Source of the DNA: Eledone cirrhosa
Taxonomy: Eukaryota
NCBI GenBank assembly: GCA_964016885.1
Contig: OZ024743.1
Span: 353,648,001 to 353,712,000 of the forward strand
Direction of reading: 5' to 3'
DNA length: 64,000 bases
Below the pieces are notes generated by a model that ran no database searches, had not been told where the DNA came from, and worked only from the letters and a program-made list of their open reading frames with translations. The translations under genes were made by a program, and so were the position numbers. This document shows, piece by piece, positions 58,849 to 64,000 of this stretch; position 1 is the stretch's first letter; each line of letters begins with the position of its first letter.

Positions 58849-58966
58849 GAACAAAATAATTAACAATAACAATACATTAGTCAGAGATAGAAAATGAATT
58901 TTGGACAAAACTTGTAGAGCGCGATGTGGTTTCTGTTCAAATAATAATAGCTTCTTTCATTGGCAA

Positions 58967-59158
58967 ATAATAATAATTGTTTCTACTTTAGGCACAAGGC
59001 CAGCAATTATCCAGTGCATTACTGGTACTTTATTTTATCGACCCCCGTAAGGATGAAAGGCAAAGTCAACCTCGGCGGGATTTGAACTCAGATCGTAAAG
59101 GGACGTAACTATGCTGGAAAGCATGGCGTCCGACCCTCCACCGATACTGCCAATCCAC
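58967..59158 (-). mobile_element. tRNA-derived SINE (short form) with (ATT)n tail
   Basis: Reverse complement GTGGATTGGCAGTATCGG..GAGTTCAAATCCCGCCGAGGTTGAC..GGCCTTGTGCCTAAAGTAGAAACAATTATTATT. Confidence 0.93.
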
Positions 59159-59159
59159 A

Positions 59160-59372
59160 ATGGTTTCTGATTTAGGCACAAGACCAACAATATGGGGGGA
59201 GAGGAGAAAGTCGATTAACGGACCCTAGTGTTTTACTTGGCACTATGTTTTATCGACCCGTAAGGATGAAAGGCAAAGCTGACTTCGGCGGGATTTGAAC
59301 TCAGAACGTAAAGAACTAGAACGAATACTGCAAATTATTTCACCCGATACTCTAACAACTCTGCTAATACAC
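59160..59372 (-). mobile_element. tRNA-derived SINE (long form, with extra GGGGGGAGAGG..GTCGATT segment)
   Basis: Shares the B-box (GGATTTGAACTC on +) and the AAGGATGAAAGGCAAAG core, but has about 30 extra bp near the tail. Confidence 0.88.
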
Positions 59373-59464
59373 ATGTTTTATAGATCACTGCCAAATATTA
59401 TTTATCTAAATATGGTGCAGTTGTTTTGGAATCGTCAGAATTAAAAAAAATAATTTTTCCACTG

Positions 59465-62100
59465 CGCGGCGTTTTTGCGTAACATCAGCCATAGCATGCC
59501 CACCCACTTCGTGTAGAGGGTGCTGGCAGCGAATGGACTACCTATTCAATGAAACCTACTTCTTCCACAAGAATTTGAAGAGCAGGCGTTTCAATTTGCC
59601 GGGGAAAGACACATGATGTACGCGTTCGCCACCTCTGCCCCACTTTTCAGGGATATCTCCCTCTCGGCCTATTTCTGGGTGAGAAAGGCGACCTTGCTCC
59701 TTACCTCGTCCCAGTTCTTATCCACTTGGAGGTTTGGCCCAAATATAACCCCAAGCAACTTCACTGGTCTGTCCATCCAGCGTCTGACGTTGCTTTTGAA
59801 TGGCATAGAGTTGCCTCTTCAGGTGCCAAGCTGCAAACCTACCGACTTTTCCGCGTTCAGTTTTGCTCCCGTGAACCTTTCATAGTCGTCTAAGAAGTTG
59901 CCAGCCACCTCGATTTCAAGGTGATCGACACCACCACGGTGACATCGTATGGTGACGCAACCCTTCCACGTCCTGGTTCGACAGGGGTGCCCTTCAGCAG
60001 CAATGGCTCAAGTGTCAGTACGTACAGAAGGGAGGATAGAGGGCATTCTTGACGGATCGAGCGCGTTATCTGGAACGTTTCGAAAGGTGGCCGTTGAACT
60101 TTCACCAATCAGCAGATATCGCTGTGCATTTCAGCGATCAATCCTCTAAAGACGAGACCGAAGCCGGCTACCTTCAGCTCGGCGTCCAAGTATCGATGGT
60201 CGACCCTATAGAAAGCTTTCAATTGATCGAAATTGATCATATCCCCACCGAAACCAGGTTTACTCTATATCCTCTATATGATGTAACACATGAGATGGAG
60301 GTTGTGTATGGACCTGGTTGGGATTGTGCACGCCAGGCGCCTCCCTTCCCACGCTTTCGACGGCAATCTTAAACTCTGTCTTTAGCTTGGCGAAAATCTT
60401 AAACTCTGTGTTTAGTAGAGTTATATGCCGGAAATTATCAATGATGTCCCTCTTGTTCCCGTCTTTTGTCATCAGCGTTATCACGCCCTGACTCAAAGAA
60501 CTGGGAATACTCCCGTTCTGCTACAGTTGTAGACGGCTTCGAGGAGATTGGAGAGCAAGTCTGGCATATCTACGTAAATCTCATTGCCCAGATCATCCAA
60601 ACAGATGATTTGCACCACATATAGTTGACCAGGGCGTTCTGACTTTCGGCTACTGTTATCGTCTTTTCGCAGAAGTCCACACCAGGCGCTGAGAGTAGCA
60701 CCAGGTTGTTGAGGTAGGAACTGAGGTCCGTCCCCCTCACCTCTCATTGAACAGTCATGTTAAGTGCTGGCAAAATCCGCACATATCTGCTTAGAATCGT
60801 TCAGCATGCGCTCGTTCAGTCCGTCAAAGACGGAATTGTAATTTTGTTGCAACGCTGCACCTCTGCCACTCGGACCCATTGAACAGTTTTCGTTCCCTCG
60901 TTTCTTAGAGTACACGCCATAGCTCTGACAATGCATCCTTAGTGTTTCTCATTGAGGAAATGGTATAATGCCATACTCGCTGCTAGCACGTCGGTGGCAA
61001 TGCCGATTCTAATCACCTCTTCTAATATAGCTATTACCCTCCCCCTCTTTATATATTTTTCTATTGCTATTTCATTATTAAAAGCTATTGATTCTACTCT
61101 AATCTCTCTCTTGAGAGCACCCACCACCTGTTGTTGACGATTCTTCCTGTCCACTTTCGCTTAACTAAAGTGCTAAACCGGTCTTTGTAGGCTTCACGCG
61201 CCAGGAACGACGCGTTAAGTTCCAGTAACTAGGTCCCTGCCTACGTGTTCTTCCTATGTCTATCATGTAGATCCCGAATTTTTGGTCTGAATTGACGTGC
61301 GCCCATGATGCCGTTCCAGTTCCCCGCTAATAGTAAAAGGTAAGACGTTCCTAGAAAAGTTTCCTGAAGTCTGAAGAAATCGGACCGTTCGGCACCGGTC
61401 TGAGCGTAGAAAGCTACCTATCTAAAGGTACCACCTTCACTATTGCACACTCCAGGGCCACCAACTTATCATCCGGGTCCAGGAAGATCGTCCGTACCTC
61501 GAAATCCAGACCTTTCATAAACAACACTGTCACCCAATCTCCCATTCTACGCCGAGTAAAAAATGCAAAAATTTCAATCGTCAAAAATGGTGGCTAGTGC
61601 ACGTGTGTCGGAAATCCTGGTCTCACTGACGACAATCACATCAATATTTAGTGACCTGAGGTCGTTGAGCAAGTGATCTTTCTTCCAGGACGATGCCAGG
61701 CCATGAAATTTATGCGTCCTACTCTTATAATAGCTATGTTGACAGCTTAGTTAAGATAGAAAAAAATATAGGGTGCTACTAACCTACCGGGTGCTGGAGA
61801 TCGAATGGTTTGACCTCCATATTTGGTAGGGTTTCCTTTGGGAACTTCTTTAACTGCTTACTGGTGGCTCTCACTTCAGGAGTTCCCACGACATGCGGGT
61901 AGGTCTCCCTAATGTTTTTATAAGTTTCTCGTGGTATTTGCACCATCATGAGTGCCTGTGGCACTTTGGGGGTGCTGGTGGAAAAAATCAACCCCTGTTT
62001 CTCAATGCCTTTGCTTCATTCTATGAGGGCCACTAGTTCTTCGTTGGCCCTTCTTACTAGCACGAAGTTTGGAGTCTCTGTGGTTGGTTGTTGCGGTCGT
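59465..62100 (-). pseudogene. Decayed L1/Tx1-like LINE: APE endonuclease + RT (ORF2, about 61730 to 59465) and probable ORF1 C-terminus (61779-62100)
   Basis: Minus strand gives LLNDLRSLNIDVIVVSETR (APE), GPSYWNL, GVITLMTKDG..DNFRHITLLNTEFKIFAK, INFDQLKAFYRVDH, SIRQECPLSSLLYVLTLEPLL, a degraded YADD, and LLGVIFG. Many stops and frameshifts; 3' truncated. Confidence 0.9.
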
Positions 62101-62181
62101 ATGTGTTTACGTTTGCTTGTGCAGCTGGTGGTAGTGGTGGTGTATGTGGTGTTGGTGGTCTTTGAATTGTGTATGTTTAAT

Positions 62182-62310
62182 ATAGTCGATTATATCGACC
62201 CTCATACTTGTTTCTTCAAGTATGGGACATATTTTATTGATCTCTTTTGCCGAATCCCTAAGTTACGAGGCATAAACACGGACACACACATATACAACAC
62301 CCATATATAT

Positions 62311-62348
<38 letters not shown>

Positions 62349-62517
62349 ACATATACATATATCGAGTGGCTTCTGCAATTTCTGACTAACAAATTCCACG
62401 CACAAGCCATTAATTAACCCGTGGCTATAGTAGAATATACCCAAGGTGCCTTGCAGTGGGACTGAACCCAGACCCACTTGGTTGTGAAGCGAACTTCCTA
62501 ACTATTCAGCCACATCT
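62182..62517 (-). mobile_element. Second tRNA-derived SINE family with internal (CA)n/(AT)n tract
   Basis: Minus-strand head AGATGTGGCTGAATAGTTAGG (A-box) ... GGGTTCAGTCCC (B-box) followed by GGCACCTTGGG..TTCTACTATAGCC; body CTCTTTTGCCGAA..CTAAGTTACG on +. Confidence 0.85.
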
Positions 62518-63467
62518 TTCCTCCTAGATGCTGAAAGAATACAGTGATGCTATATATGAAAAATTTCCACTAAGTTATTACTTAATCGTATTGACATATC
62601 AGTGCAATGTTAGCCGAGTACGTTAATTAAATGAGACGCCAACACAGTGAATTTGAGATTAAATTTGTTAGCATAATTATAATCATATGTTTATGTGCGA
62701 TCAGATATAACCTTATCTTCTTTAAATTTCCTATATATAACCTCTCTATATTCTCTTAGCAGCCAAGAGAAAGAAAGCGTATTTCAACGAGGCTTTAATA
62801 AACAGAGAAACTTGTTGATCAAATCTTGTTACCGATGCTAGTAAAAGGGTTTATTTTCACCGCGTGGCTGAATATATGCTTATAAAATATGATTGTAATT
62901 ACACACCAATAAGATGAGTAGATATTTGAGGTTAACTTATGAGCATATCTTTTCAGTAAACAAATATTTTGCCTTGTTATAAAAAAGAAAACACAATAGT
63001 TAAGATATCGGTTTACATTTTCACAGCAAGGCTAATTTCTTTAAAATACAAAATCCCGAGCTTGTAAATTTACCTTGTATTCTTACTTATTCCGTTGATG
63101 TTACTATTAATTAATTGATTTTTTCGTTGGCATCTTTGCCACTCTATCAAAATTGGACATTAAGTTCTGTGCAAGTGTGTGTATGTATAGTATAGAGAGC
63201 GAGAAACTACTATTCTCGCTATGATCAAAAATCAGTAAACGATCGGTGATTAAGCTTAAGCAAAAGACGAAACAACTCAGATCGATCTGTTTTTCTCTTA
63301 CATGGAAAGTCTTGTGTTTTAACCACGAGGTTTATTTACAGCAAGGCTAAATGTGTGTCTACTAGAACACACGCTCGTAAGTTTACCGTATATTTCTACA
63401 CTAACACACATTCTCATATACACACACATATACGTTCAAGTATATATAATTATATGTATATATTCAA

Positions 63468-63469
<2 letters not shown>

Positions 63470-63513
<44 letters not shown>

Positions 63514-63594
63514 GAATATAAAATATCACCTCTCATACCAGATTGAGCACTGTTTTCTTGTTTCCTTTTTCCCATCCACTGATTACACACACAT

Positions 63595-63676
<82 letters not shown>
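63470..63676. repeat. Two (CA)n tracts, the first followed by (AT)n
   Basis: Directly visible at about 63470-63515 and 63585-63676. Confidence 0.95.
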
Positions 63677-63677
<1 letters not shown>

Positions 63678-63856
63678 ATATATGTAGTATATGTGATTCA
63701 GTGAATTATTGGTGCTGGTACCAAAATAAGCATTCGATGCACAGGCAGAGTGTATATATTAAGGAAAATAATGAAGTTTCGTTTACATGTATTTTTTTAA
63801 ATTTTTTTATTGTGCATGGATCTGTTGCACGCGTTTCTCAGGGGATTGACTCAAGG

Positions 63857-64000
63857 TAGGGCCGTCTTAACACCATTATAGGCCCCCGGGCAAAGCAGAG
63901 AACTGGGGCCCGTACCTACACAACCATTCACAGTAATAAAAATACAAATGGGCAACTTATCCTCGTGGGGCCCCCGGGCAACTGCCCAGCGTGCCCATGC
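63857..64000. mobile_element. Short non-autonomous DNA transposon (hAT-like MITE), right end outside window
   Basis: Abrupt GC-rich start TAGGGCCGTCTTAAC resembling (C/T)AGGG hAT termini, with subterminal GGCCCCCGGGCAA repeated twice and TGCCCA repeats. The second TIR is not visible. Confidence 0.6.

Noticed and set aside
60365-60415. 30-bp tandem duplication within the L1 RT (TEFKIFAKLKTEFKIA)
   Set aside because: Ordinary post-insertion decay of a dead element.

Overview
Eukaryotic, gene-free, almost entirely repetitive DNA. The tRNA-derived SINE families look like those I recall from Octopus genomes (recollection, not a database result). Bases 1-41.8 kb are a CA-rich 79/80/81-bp satellite (about 520 monomers) with nested, shifting higher-order repeats. 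A ~1.7-kb spacer follows (minus-strand SINE, dead mariner transposase, GT-rich flank, SINE head). After it comes a second ~20-monomer block of the same satellite in the opposite orientation, fused directly to the Pol III B-box of the SINE head. Downstream are an 11-bp minisatellite, (AT)n tracts, a 5-kb (GGT)n/TATG minisatellite, several SINEs (two with clear target-site duplications), a decayed R4/Dong-like LINE, a decayed L1/Tx1-like LINE and the start of a hAT-like MITE. I can support no host protein-coding gene; the long ORFs are repeat artefacts. The most interesting structure is the 41.8-45.4 kb junction: inverted satellite arrays, a SINE promoter-satellite fusion, and signs of SINE-SINE recombination.
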